This document shows, one piece after another, positions 1-11,094 of a stretch of 64,000 nt of DNA. The stretch's first letter is position 1, and every line of letters starts with the position of its first letter. A program made the position numbers and the translations under genes. Location: contig OZ361260.1 in assembly GCA_977018835.1 (NCBI GenBank), positions 1,860,001 through 1,924,000 of the forward strand. Reading direction: 5' to 3'. Origin of the DNA: Minutocellus sp. GHC0000111 (lineage: Eukaryota). The notes under the pieces are model-generated. The model had not been told where the DNA came from and did no database searches. It saw nothing but the letters and a program-made list of their open reading frames with translations.

Positions 1-310
1 CGTTCCACCACGATGCCGCGGACGGACATTCCCTCTTCGAGATACTTTTTGACGATATCAATCCTGGACATCCCGGATATCCCGGACATTCCCTCTTCGA
101 GATACTTATCCCGGACATTCCCTCTTCGAGATACTTTTTGACGATATCAATCCTGGCCCTCCAGAGTTGGTAGCAGTAGGCAAAGGTCGCTATGGCCAAT
201 GGGCAGATACAAACGCAAATGAAGATGGCAATCTTGAAAGCATCTTTCCCAACATATCGACACCATGAATGCTGCTGAGAAGAGTCATTGGCGCAAGGAA
301 GCTCGCCCAT
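1..310 (-). pseudogene. Partial membrane-protein gene running off the window start, frameshifted by an 89-nt duplication
   Basis: Minus frame reads MGELP...FKIAIFICVCICPLAIATFAYCYQLWRARIDIVKKYLEEGMS (TM helix); the natural continuation (VRGIVVE) is offset by the duplicated block at 24-156. True start uncertain. Confidence 0.4.
24..156. repeat. Complex local duplication (3 partial copies of GGACATTCCCTCTTCGAGATACTT)
   Basis: Copies start at 24, 84 and 113; copies 1 and 3 extend to ...TTTGACGATATCAATCCTGG. Confidence 0.9.
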
Positions 311-736
311 GATCGATGCACCACTCTCAGTCGTTTGATCGGCATCTTTGGCGGCTACAATGGGCGAAAGATACTCGGCATCATCACCATCACCAGCCTC
401 CTCCTCTTCACTGGCAATAAATGTGGCAGTAGAACCGATCGCCTGAATGAGCGTACATGTTCCCCGCGCGTCGATGATTCATCTGTTATTGCCGTTGATC
501 GTCCACTCAAGATACCAACCAGCCGTTGCTTTGCAATCATGCAGCCATGAAAGTGCGCCGCCGCTTGGCCCCTTGACCTGCGACATATGACATCGTGCGC
601 TGACATCGTGCGCTCGCTCGGCCGAGGGTTGGTTGTATTTCTGTTACATCATTATATCGTCAATAAGGCCCTTTTTTGGCGGGTGCGCGGCCAGCTCGGC
701 TTTCAGATCAACTCATTCCCAGACGACGAAGCAACC

Positions 737-2013
737 ATGGCAACCATCCGGTAAGTCGGAACCGCCCGATCGACCCCAAAGCATCACCACCTAAACACAT
801 AATGTTTGAAAGGCATATGAGGCATTTGGAGTCGGTTTTCTGTTGGTTGTGCGGCACAAGTTGTGTTTGGAGCGAAGATGGGTTGGCCAAAAATGCGAGA
901 GCAAACACCTTTCCCAAGAATGACGGAGACGGACAAGGCCACCGACGATGTGACGAGTGGAATGCAGGGAGCTTGCGACGGTCTCCTGACTCATATCGTT
1001 CATTGCGATACTGTTAGAAGTGCGCCGGCTTGCATCTCGGTCTCGGATTTTCCCGCCTCGGTTGCGTCTCCCTCTTCCTTGCTCCTCATGGTCACGAGTA
1101 GTAGGGCCGCACGCTCTCAATCGATGCAATGCACTGCGCACCCCACCTTGTACATTTTCCCTACGGACTTCTGCCTCACTAACACCCTCCCCCTCCCAAC
1201 AATACACTTCTCCACTTATATAGATACTTTGTTCCGGAAGACGGCGACAGTGAGACGCACCCCAACGTCTTTCTGGCTCCCAAGGCTGCCCATCCGGGCG
1301 CGCCTCCGACACTCGGTCAGGTCAAGGGTGCCTTTCCCCTCCCGGGTCGCTACCACTTCCGCTTCAAAAGTCCTCTGGTCCCCGGGGCCGATCGCGACAA
1401 GTCTAGCATGGCCGTTTGGATGGATTGCACCGACGATCGGCAGCCCGTGGCCACCTGGAGGGGCACCATCATTGCCAAGGTGACCCGCATCTCGGCCGAC
1501 GATGGCTACGACACCGACGAGGAGTTTGACATGCACCGGAATCAGGCCGCTGCCGGTGCTCCCGCTGCCGCCCCAGCTGCCGCTGCATCGACACCAGCGC
1601 CCGCGGCCGACCCGTCGCTGGATCTGTTTGATTCGCCCGCGACTGCACCTGCTCCCGCGGCGGCAGCTGCCTCGAGCGGTGATCTGTTGGGCGTCCATTC
1701 GGCGGCTCCTCCTGCCCCCGCGGCTGCCAGTGGTGGAGCGGGAAGTCTCTTGGATATGACCGGCCCACCGTCCGGTGGACATCATCAGTCGGCGCCCAGC
1801 TCGGCCCATCACAATGACTTTATGGGAATGACGGCCAGTGCCCCTCCCGCTCAGCAGCAGCAGCAGCAGCAGGCGCCGATGCAGGGTCAACCCATGCGTC
1901 AGACCATGCCGCCTCCTCAGCAGCAGCAACAGCAGGCCTACAGGACACAGGGTAGTTTCGGTTCGCAGCAGCAGGGTGGCGGCGGAACCTTTGGTGATTT
2001 ACAGTGGAGCTAA
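737..2013 (+). CDS. DIX-domain protein (2 exons: 737-750, 1224-2013)
   Basis: ATGGCAACCATCCG|gtaagt...tag|ATACTTT splices to MATIRYFVPEDGDSETHPNVF...FPLPGRYHFRFK...VWMD...GTIIAKVTRI (DIX signature), followed by an A/P/Q-rich tail. Confidence 0.8.
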
Positions 2014-2148
2014 GGATGCTGGAGACGGAAATATGACGTTGGATTAAAATGAATCGAATCCACATGCATTGAAACTCAGCACTGACTTACATTCCAAATT
2101 GAGAACTTGGATGAAGTTAGAGATACTCTTAACCAATTTTATACTTAA

Positions 2149-4355
2149 CTACTTGCGAAAGAACTTAGCAACATCGTCCTTCTCGAAGCTGTAGTCCAGC
2201 ATATCCAGGACGGCCTCTTTGTTTTGAGGATCACTTGCATATGGAGCCATTGCTTTGGCGACATCGGTGGCGCTGTACTTGCAGGTACGCATCGCTGATA
2301 CAATGTGTGCACATTTCAGGTTCTCTGACCGTTCAAAGCCAGCAGCAATCTCACCAGCCACGCTCGCCTGGTCAAGTGAGAAAGTTACCTTTGACAAGAT
2401 GCTAGATACCTCATCTGGGGTCAACTTGGAGGCGCTATATGGATGATCCCGGATCCACTCGCCAACAGCCTTGCGCTTGTCGTAGGCATCGTCAAGAGAC
2501 GATAGTAGGCTCGATATGCCTCCTCCAGCTGCTTGTTCCTGTGAAGAGAACGCTGTGTTATCGGGGGCAGTCGTCGGAGTAATTGGTACAGCTGGAGCAG
2601 ACGGTGCAGGTGATGTCGAATTGCTGGCGCTGGAGGCAATTGCAAAATCATCAAAAGCATTCACCACGGGCTGATATCTCTGTTCTGGACCAAGCCGCCC
2701 TCTGTCCTCTGAATATTGTGTGGTATTCACAAAGCCAATACCAGAGGCTGGCATCACACGCCCGGCATCCTCGTCTCCGGTGATCTTTGGGGTGGTTGCA
2801 GATGGTTCAGTTCCATGGACCGCGAAGTCAAATATCTGCCAGGGATTGTCAATGGGGACATCACTCCTCATCATCGATCGAGCCTTCTCCACGGCTTCCG
2901 AAAAGGGGGGCGCAGTGGAAACAAGTATGGGGATTCGAGAATGGACTGCTGTCGCAAACGAGCCCTTATCCGACCCTGCACGGACCTCGATTGAATACGT
3001 CCACTTGAGACATGGATAGAATGATCGGCTGATGGGACCTTCCACACCACCAGCAAACGATGGAAAGACGTGCGGCATTACGCAAGGAGAGAGGGAGGCC
3101 ACGTCGAGGTCACCACCTGCTGAAACTAGCCCCTGCGATAGTATAAAGTCCTTTCGACTTTGGGTAGATGCGTGACCGGCGGTATGAAGCATAATATATT
3201 GTCTCAACACCACGGTAACAGGCAAGTCCTTCTTAGTTTCATTCACAACCTTGCCGCCAATCACAACCTTCTCTCCAGGCGCGTAGCTTCGACGATCAAT
3301 TGTAAGCGATGTCGATACCATACCATCCTCTTTGCAGCACTTCATCCCGCAACAAGAGCAGCCATAAAGAGGAGAAAAGGGTGTGCTGTGCTCAGCAGGG
3401 GACAGCAACTCCAGCTTTGGGGTTGGACGGTTCGGAATCACACTGATTGTTCGGCGAGAGCTTGGATCGCGCCAATTGGCAAATGAGGCGTGCGCATACA
3501 AATCATATCGCACATAAGCTCGATCGCCGACAGGAATCTCGGCCGAGCCAGGAGCATCATTGCGCAGTTGAAAGGCAAAGGGATACGTCGTTGTGCCCTC
3601 TGGTAGGACGGTTTTCTTATCGGGCCCAGGAAGTTTCTTTCCGGCGACCATCTCCTTCGTCGGTGGCGGCCGATAGCATTGCACGTACACGTCATTTCTG
3701 CCCCCCCCAATCCGCCCTGCGAAGGCCAGTGGCAGAATGAACAGTCAAGACCAAGCATTGGTCCTTCAAGGCGACTCTACTGACGGCCATACCCGTCGTG
3801 GAGGCGGTGTTCGTGGGAAATATGGACGAGAATGGCATCATCTTTGCACTCATAATTACCTGTCCTTTCTCTGGTTTGCCATTGCGATTGAGAGGAAAGC
3901 TTTGCATCTGTCCGGATCGGGCCAAATTTGCCGCATCAATTACGAGCTCACCCAACAGGTCGTCTCGCTTGCCAAAGTCTTCGTCCATTACCCTCACGAT
4001 CAATTCCATTCGGCCCAGGTCTCGGTCGTCACAGGGGATCAAAATGACGCCAGAACCCTGAACCTTGTTGAAATAGGCATCCTCCCCGGCATTGTCGATC
4101 ACTCCCGTCTTGTAGTTATTGCCATGGAGGGTGAATCTCTGGTCCTGAAACGAAGTGGTGCCATCGTAATCGGTGCGATTGTCACCACTTCCCGTGTGCC
4201 AATGCACGTGCGATCTCCCGCGCAGATGAATCTGATAGCCTCGGCAAGTAATCGACGATGAGTTGACCGTGAACGAAACTGTCCCACGCACCACCTCCCC
4301 GGCATAAAAGACGCCAGACTCGCTCGAGGTTGATGGAGATGCCCGTGACGCCCAT
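2149..4355 (-). pseudogene. Arrestin-fold protein with inserted C2-like domain(s) and DUF4476-like C-terminus; two frameshifts (about 4320 and 3701-3708)
   Basis: MGVTGISINLER/SGVFYAGEVVRGTV...HLRGRSHVHW (arrestin_N); VMDEDFGKRDDLLGE and ATGLRRADWGG/RNDVYVQ (C2); YPFAFQL...YVRYDLYA and IDRRSYAPGE (arrestin). The lesions could be real or assembly errors. Confidence 0.7.
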
Positions 4356-4683
4356 GGTGGTATTATTGTGAGCAAGTGATTGCGATGCGATGGCGTTCAA
4401 TCACTGCGGCGATGATGAGTTTCGACTTTGATCAGCGCCACTCAACGATCGACGGCAAATACTGGCAGCAGCAGCGGCGGCGCACCATGCATGGAGCCAT
4501 CTTGCAAGCAATCTTTCGGCCAATCTTCGATCTTCGAATCGAATCAGAGGAGAAACTCCGACTGCTGGCGAGTGAATCCAAAAAGCCCCCAAGCAGTCTG
4601 TGTTGGCGCAATGCGGGTCCGAGAGAGGGGGGGGGAGATTTGATTTGTGTTGTTTTCCGATCGCTAGCGAGTGCCACTTGAAA

Positions 4684-4724
4684 GCCAACTCTTAGGCTTG
4701 TGGTGCCAGAGCCTAAGAGTTGGC
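4684..4724. repeat. Perfect 15-bp inverted repeat (hairpin) in divergent intergenic region
   Basis: GCCAACTCTTAGGCT (4684-4698), 11-nt loop, AGCCTAAGAGTTGGC (4710-4724). Confidence 0.9.
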
Positions 4725-4981
4725 ATTGACATGGCCTCTTGATTGCTCAAGTGCTCTCGACGGCATGCCCTACGGTACCGGTAGCTTTGAGGCGCGCTGC
4801 AGCTGGCTGGTAGGCCTACCTACATGTACGAGAGGAATTCCAGGCCTTAAGTGCCGTCACGGAAAGTAGAAAACAACCACAAGAGTCACTTTTTGTTGTT
4901 TTTGCATGTTCGTCATTTATTGTCCCGCCGCCCCGCCCTCCCGTGTGCCCGCGCGCGCGCGCCATTCATCGTTCCTCCAAC

Positions 4982-7047
4982 ATGGCCAGCACGAGGGTAA
5001 TGGGGATGGCGGGCCGGAGCCGTACCACAAGCGGCACTGTCCGAGTCCAAAATGACTATTCATCCATTACAGCATTTGCACAGCAACAAGTCGCGATTGC
5101 CCTTTCGCGGTCGGATGTCGCCCAGCAGCAAGTCATGGTGGCATTTCAGCAGCAAGTGACGATGGCGCATTGTCAGCAAATGGCATTGGCGTATCAGCAG
5201 CAAATGCTGATGGCATGCCAGCAGCAAGTGCCCAACAAGAACGCAATGGCAGGATTAATCGATGACAACGACGAAGCAATGCCGATGCAACTTGACGACG
5301 ACACCGCCGCCGACGCCGCTGCCGACGACACCGCCGACAACGACGAGCGCCCTCCGAACTGTGGCAAGAGGCACCACATGCTACTCAACCTCATGAAGGA
5401 AGGGTCAGACCATTCCCACAGGATGCATAAAAAGAACAAGCCAAAGCACTACCTACCGCGGAAAGATGTGCGCCATGCCGAGGAGATGCTAATGTTCAAA
5501 TGCGACACGCCATGCTGGTACAATGCGACAGATCTGGGTACAAACCCACACTGCAGCGTGCCGGATGCAATGGTGGATGAGGTTATCGAGGACTACAAGA
5601 CGAATGGCATTCCACACACTGCGGTGGACTACAGCTCACAGGGCGCCGACGGAAATGAAAAAATGGCTGAGGGGTGTTAGTTTTAATTGGGTGGATTTGG
5701 CGCCTTTCGCGCCAACCACCAAGTGCAAGGACGTGAAGCTTTTCAAGCTTCGGCAAGCAATATTGTGGAAAGACAAGCTTGTCATTGACACATTTGCCCG
5801 GCTTAGACATGACACTCTCTTTCCTGATAAGCTCCTGTATGTTGCCGGTGAGATTGGTGGCCTTGCACTCAGCAAGGCCGTTGGCTGGGGACTGGTGGAG
5901 GTGGTGACTCCCCCCGGTGAATACGGCATAGGCCAGTATGTGCTGGATGGAGTGCCGTTCTATGCAATAGAAGCCCCGCATCCAAGCTCTGCAATGATGG
6001 CCAGAGGGAAGGGATCCGCGCGTAGATACTTGGAGCGGTCGTTCCGAATTATGAAGGGGTTCAATGAGATGAAGAGTTCACGTGGTGATGCTCCTTCTGT
6101 TCCTGAGATTGATGACTATCTATCCAAGCATCTAAAGGCAGAAGACAAGGCACAGGTGGAGGAATCTAGAGCTATTCGGGCCCTTCTCAATATAGATGGT
6201 GATAGATGGCCAAGCAAGATGAGGGTGTTGCGGACGCTCGATCTTGCTGGGGGCGAGTGCCGACGCAAAATCGAATTTTTGATGAGCGAGGATGGGGGGG
6301 GGGTTTTCTAAGGGGGAAATGATCAAGTTTCTGGAAACCCCCGTTTTCGCATCTCGGCTGCTCGACGAGGATTTGTATCTTTCTGTCGACAAACTGCAAG
6401 CAGATCGATACGTCGAATCTCGGGATGATTTGGTTCGGCTGCTGTCCACCCCTGCGTTGGCTGGCGCTGTGCAGAAGGATGCCTTCTTTCCAGCAATAAC
6501 CAAGCTGGTTGAGGAGGGATTTGCATCAGCTGGTGATTTGGTACGGATGTTATCAACGCGATCTTTTGCGAACGCCATGCAAAAGGATGGATTCTTTGAA
6601 TCTATCGAGCGGCTACTCAAGGAGGAATATGCGACGGTCGACACTTTGGTGCAGCTACTATCAACGCCATCTTTTGCCTATGCGGTGCAGAAGGATGGAT
6701 TCTTTGAATCTATCGAGCGGCTACTCAACGAGGAACATGCATCAGCAGATGATTTGGTACGGATATTATCAACGCGATCTTTTGCGAACGCCATGCAAAA
6801 GGATGGATTCTTTGAATCTATCGAGCGGCTACTCAAGGAGGAATATGCGACGGTCGACACTTTGGTGCAGCTACTATCAACGCCATCTTTTGCATACGCG
6901 GTGCAGAAGGATGACTTCTTTCCGGCGATAGAGCGGCTACTCAAGGAGGAATATGCGACGGTCGATACTTTGGTGCAGCTACTATCGACAAAATCTTTTG
7001 TGCATGCAATTCAGAAGGATGGATTCTTTGAATCAATTCTTTCGTAA
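4982..7047 (+). pseudogene. Q-rich N-terminus + UDG-superfamily-like domain + 36-aa helical (TALE/mTERF-like) repeats; two +1 frameshifts (about 5641 and G-run 6294-6303)
   Basis: Three overlapping ORFs join if one G is removed at each junction. Motifs: MLMFKCDTP, FNWVDLAPF, LLYVAGEIGGLAL, FYAIEAPHPS; repeats at 6424-7047. Confidence 0.55.
6424..7047 (+). repeat. Coding tandem array: about 6 units of 108 nt (36 aa) with 216-nt higher-order period
   Basis: Units start at 6424, 6532, 6640, 6748, 6856 and 6964; consensus DxLVxLLSTxSFAxAxQKDGFFESIERLLKEEYATx. Confidence 0.95.
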
Positions 7048-7149
7048 AATTATTTGGCTTGCAATTGCAATGCACCGCCAGTATCGCCACAGATCGTCTC
7101 ACGTTGCGGGCCAGCCTCAGCCAGGAAGATCTGTTGTAATGGCATACCG

Positions 7150-7405
7150 TCATCTTGCAATTGAATTTGCTGATTGTGTAGGTAAGACATATTCTCTGTC
7201 CTTCTCAGGGCAAAAGTTAGGGCTAAGCCTCAGATCAGCTGTGGTAGACAAAGTGCTGGACAATTCTCTTACAGCAATCAGAACAGGTGACAGGATTGTT
7301 GCAGTTGGCAATGCTGTAGTTACTGCAGCGGCCGACGAAAAAACAATTGCTGGCATCATTCGAGATGCAGAACGTCCTCTCACAATAACCTTTTGTAAAA
7401 ATTGA
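7150..7405 (+). CDS. PDZ-like domain coding segment (link to the upstream repeat gene unresolved)
   Basis: KTYSLSFSGQKLGLSL...IRTGDRIVAVGNAVV...IAGIIRDAERPLTITF; in a different frame from the repeat ORF. Confidence 0.55.
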
Positions 7406-7991
7406 CAGCTTCAATTTCACATGCTTTCAATGTTACAAAGTTGGGATTAGTATGAAATTTTGATCAATGTTGTCAACACCCCGAAAAATATCATGAAGGC
7501 GGAAACAAGGGGATCTGCCACCTTAAGAGGGCGCTGTCCATAACTTTTAGGAAGCCCCCAAAATGCGTGTTTTGTGCCGTTTCTTCTTCGCACCATCGCC
7601 AAAGTTAGCACTCCAACGCGACAATGGGCTCCTCATCGAAGGCCGCCGCTCTCCACAGTGGCGAAGAGTCATCGACGTTCCTTTCAGCATTAAGTCGGAA
7701 ATCCCTCCAGGAACACTTGGTTCAGAGGAACTTCGATGAATCAACTCTCCCTCAGAAATGCAATGGTCGACGTGCACATCATCGTCGGATCGACCGAAAT
7801 TAGTCTCGGCCGACGCATGACCAGCATTGGTGGTGCTGGTGGGAAGATATCTTGAAGTTTTGCTGTTGGGAGGTAAGGGGATATTTGTTTGGGGTATTTT
7901 TGCACGTCTCCCTCATTTGGGGTTCTTTTTGTAAGGTTCTCATCGAAAAGCGTGTCTTGCGCCAGAACCGACACAAAACAAAAAAACAACC

Positions 7992-10514
7992 ATGGAAACA
8001 TCACGTGCTAACGCTAAGGAGGCAATCCTCTCACTCTTGCTCTCATTCCCAGACGACGTCAGATGTACTTGCTGCACTGTTGATGAGCTTGTCCGCATCT
8101 TGATGCGCGGTGGCGCATCGCCGAGCTTAGAGATCTCTCTTGTTCGATCATCTCTTCAACACGTCCCAACACGACACGAGGTCAACATCCAACGACGACG
8201 TCCAGAGAAAACATCAGGCCTTGACGTTGCAAAGCCCTTCTACCGCTTCTCCAGAATAGCCGACAACGCCAGCCCACGCTCTCAACGCAATGGCAAGCGA
8301 TCACTGCCGACCACACCTGAAAATTACTTCCAGGACGATGAAAAGCATGGGCCCCATCTCAACGCGACGCTGAAATGTTGTTCCGACAAGAATTCTTCGG
8401 TCGGTCGGTCATCTGCTCCCACCGCCAACGCTGCCGATCGTCCCAACATCACCGGCGTGCAGCTCAACGGCAAAAGAATTGTGGTTGAGATGAAGCAGCT
8501 GCATGATTTCGCACAGAATCTCCACCGATCGTGCGGCAATCTGTGTCTCTCGGCCGAGCCAGTTCGCCGTGGATTCGGCGTTACATTTGAATGGCGATGC
8601 GACAGATGCAACCAACCTTTTTCTTTTTGCACTTGGATCGGCCAGAGGTCAGAAGTTGTGTGCCCCGGCAGAAAGCATTCTAGAAGTCAGGCTGGAATGA
8701 ACTTGGAGCTGATGGAGGCAGCGGAAGATGAGGCCATGTGCGCAAGTCGCTTCATGAGTTTCTGCACGAAGGCCATCCGACCGAAAAGAATGCCCGACAG
8801 GTGGAAAAGAAATGCAGAGCAGCGGCTGTTGAAGCAGCTGATGAAATCATTGACGAGAACAGGGCAAAAGCACATGCCGCTAGCAGCAAGACTGTTGAGT
8901 TTGAACAAGGCGGCGAGATGCACACGGCGGCGGTGGTTGCGGTGGCCCAAGACGGCAGCGCCCTCAAACGCGACTGACTACGGCCATTGCTACACTGGCT
9001 CTGCTGCAGCGGTATTTGCCGTAGACAAGGAAACTGGCCTTGTTGTTGACAAGGGAATCTCTCAGGCAAGCTGCCACTATTGCGTGAGAGCCTGCAATGC
9101 AAGATTGAGGGAGAGGCGGGAAGCCGGCAATCCAACAACGCCGAGTGAGCTCAAAAACATGAGCAAGGATGAGACACTGGCCCTGTACGACCATGATGGC
9201 TTCTGCTATCGCAACTCTTCCTACTCCCCCGGTGTGGCAGAGGAGCATCTGGCCGAGAATGTTGGACGGAATCTTCTGGTCGACGATGAAGGAAGCGTGC
9301 AGGCGTGTCCTCTTTTCGTTGAGAAGCACGTTGCCGATGGCGACAGCAAAGGCATTGCCAGGGCAGCAGCCGCTCAGGAAGACATAGTAGGTGATGAGTT
9401 GGCTTCTGGTGTTGAGCTTTGCCGTGACTTTAATCATCTGAGCAATTCAATTGACTCAGGCTTTCGAAAAGCATGCAAAGGAGTTGAAAATTTTAATGCC
9501 ATCCCCCGACCACGCATCAATCGGATGAAACAGGACATTTCGAAGATTGCTGATCGGTACAAGCACAGCGTTCTCGATCAGCCCGATGGTGCTGTGTCCG
9601 AGGAGGAAAAACAAAGTCATCTGGCCCTCCTTCAGAAAGAACTCCAGTCCGTCGTTCGTCACCAATGTGGCATTCACACTTTTTGCACCACCAACACGTG
9701 TGATTGGATTCGCCTCAGCATTGCTCATCCTGATTGGAGTGATGGCAAGCTCGATGAGGAATGGAGCTCGGGGAATCAATTCGATGGCGACATGTTGGAG
9801 ATTAGTGACGACACGATTCGCAAGATGACGCTTGAAATAACCAAGAGAATCAACAAGAATACTGCCGACTCCAACTGCAAGAAGGAATCTACCACCGGCG
9901 TCGAACAGCTCAACGGGATGGTGACGAAGTTCACGATGGGGAAAAGGCCGAATTTGACTGCTTCAGACGCCTACCCAAATGCAACAAGTAGAGCCGCTGG
10001 CCACAAGTCACTGGGTACGGAATTCAATGAGCGAGTTCTTGGAAAGTTGGGATCGAGGGATTCTCCTACCCGAAAAGATGGATTCGATGCAATTGACCGG
10101 AAGCTCGAGGGCGACCTTGCGCGTAAGCGCACCGATGAGTACAAAAAGAGCAAGAGCGACAGCAAGCGCCTTCGAGCAGCCTTGCGAAACAGAAGCGAGA
10201 AAGACGACAAGGACTATGTGTACAAGAAGAACAGGGCCCTAGCTGCTGGTAAGGCGAAACCAGCAAAGCCTGGCCGCAAGAAGAAGATTGACCAGCAGTG
10301 TCAGAAATGCAAGCAGCTTGGCCACACTCGGGCTGAATGTCAATGCGACGATGCTGACGACGTTGTCGTTTACGCCGGAAAGAAGCGCAGAAGCCCAGGC
10401 AGCAACAAGAAATCTGCAAGAAATAATAAGAAAGCTAAGACAAACTTCGGTGTATCGGCAAATGATGTTAGCTCTTGGATGCCGGCGATACTGAGAGAAA
10501 ATGGCAGCTTGTAA
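7992..10514 (+). CDS. Kolobok-type DDE transposase, unit 1 (840 aa; about 67 internal codons out of frame)
   Basis: CxxC motifs, ETGLVVD...CHYC, HVADGDSKG, CRDFNHL, TTGVEQLNG (Mutator-like/Kolobok core), C-terminal CCHC knuckle CQKCKQLGHTRAEC, basic NLS-like tail. Confidence 0.85.
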   Translation: METSRANAKEAILSLLLSFPDDVRCTCCTVDELVRILMRGGASPSLEISLVRSSLQHVPTRHEVNIQRRRPEKTSGLDVAKPFYRFSRIADNASPRSQRNGKRSLPTTPENYFQDDEKHGPHLNATLKCCSDKNSSVGRSSAPTANAADRPNITGVQLNGKRIVVEMKQLHDFAQNLHRSCGNLCLSAEPVRRGFGVTFEWRCDRCNQPFSFCTWIGQRSEVVCPGRKHSRSQAGMNLELMEAAEDEAMCASRFMSFCTKAIRPKRMPDRWKRNAEQRLLKQLMKSLTRTGQKHMPLAARLLSLNKAARCTRRRWLRWPKTAAPSNATDYGHCYTGSAAAVFAVDKETGLVVDKGISQASCHYCVRACNARLRERREAGNPTTPSELKNMSKDETLALYDHDGFCYRNSSYSPGVAEEHLAENVGRNLLVDDEGSVQACPLFVEKHVADGDSKGIARAAAAQEDIVGDELASGVELCRDFNHLSNSIDSGFRKACKGVENFNAIPRPRINRMKQDISKIADRYKHSVLDQPDGAVSEEEKQSHLALLQKELQSVVRHQCGIHTFCTTNTCDWIRLSIAHPDWSDGKLDEEWSSGNQFDGDMLEISDDTIRKMTLEITKRINKNTADSNCKKESTTGVEQLNGMVTKFTMGKRPNLTASDAYPNATSRAAGHKSLGTEFNERVLGKLGSRDSPTRKDGFDAIDRKLEGDLARKRTDEYKKSKSDSKRLRAALRNRSEKDDKDYVYKKNRALAAGKAKPAKPGRKKKIDQQCQKCKQLGHTRAECQCDDADDVVVYAGKKRRSPGSNKKSARNNKKAKTNFGVSANDVSSWMPAILRENGSL

Positions 10515-11094
10515 ACACGTGCAAAATATTTTATCACTGTAAATAAAAATGGATTTATTGTGTGCTGTTACTCACGTGCTACGCACATTCTTGTTATCTA
10601 CATGTGTTCAAGGGGATCTGCCACCTTAAGAGGGCGCTGTCCATAACTTTTAGGAAGCCCCCAAAATGCGTGTTTTGTGCCGTTTCTTCTTCGCACCATC
10701 GCCAAAGTTAGCACTCCAACGCGACAATGGGCTCCTCATCGAAGGCCGCCGCTCTCCACAGTGGCGAAGAGTCATCGACGTTCCTTTCAGAATTAAGTCG
10801 GAAATCCCTCCAGGAACACTTGGTTCAGAGGAACTTCGATGAATCAACTCTCCCTCAGAAATGCAATGGTCGACGTGCACATCATCGTCGGATCGACCGA
10901 AATTAGTCTCGGCCGACGCATGACCAGCATTGGTGGTGCTGGTGGGAAGATATCTTGAAGTTTTGCTGTTGGGAGGTAAGGGGATATTTGTTTGGGGTAT
11001 TTTTGCACGTCTCCCTCATTTGGGGTTCTTTTTGTAAGGTTCTCATCGAAAAGCGTGTCTTGCGCCAGAACCGACACAAAACAAAAAAACAACC

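Noticed and set aside
6424..7047. CRISPR-like array
   Set aside because: Units are contiguous in-frame coding repeats without unique spacers; eukaryotic context with no cas genes.
4847..7526. A second TTAA-bounded transposon carrying the UDG-repeat gene
   Set aside because: TTAA occurs at both ends, but the adjacent sequences (GTGCCGTC vs GGTGGCAG) do not form a convincing TIR; unresolved without genomic copies.
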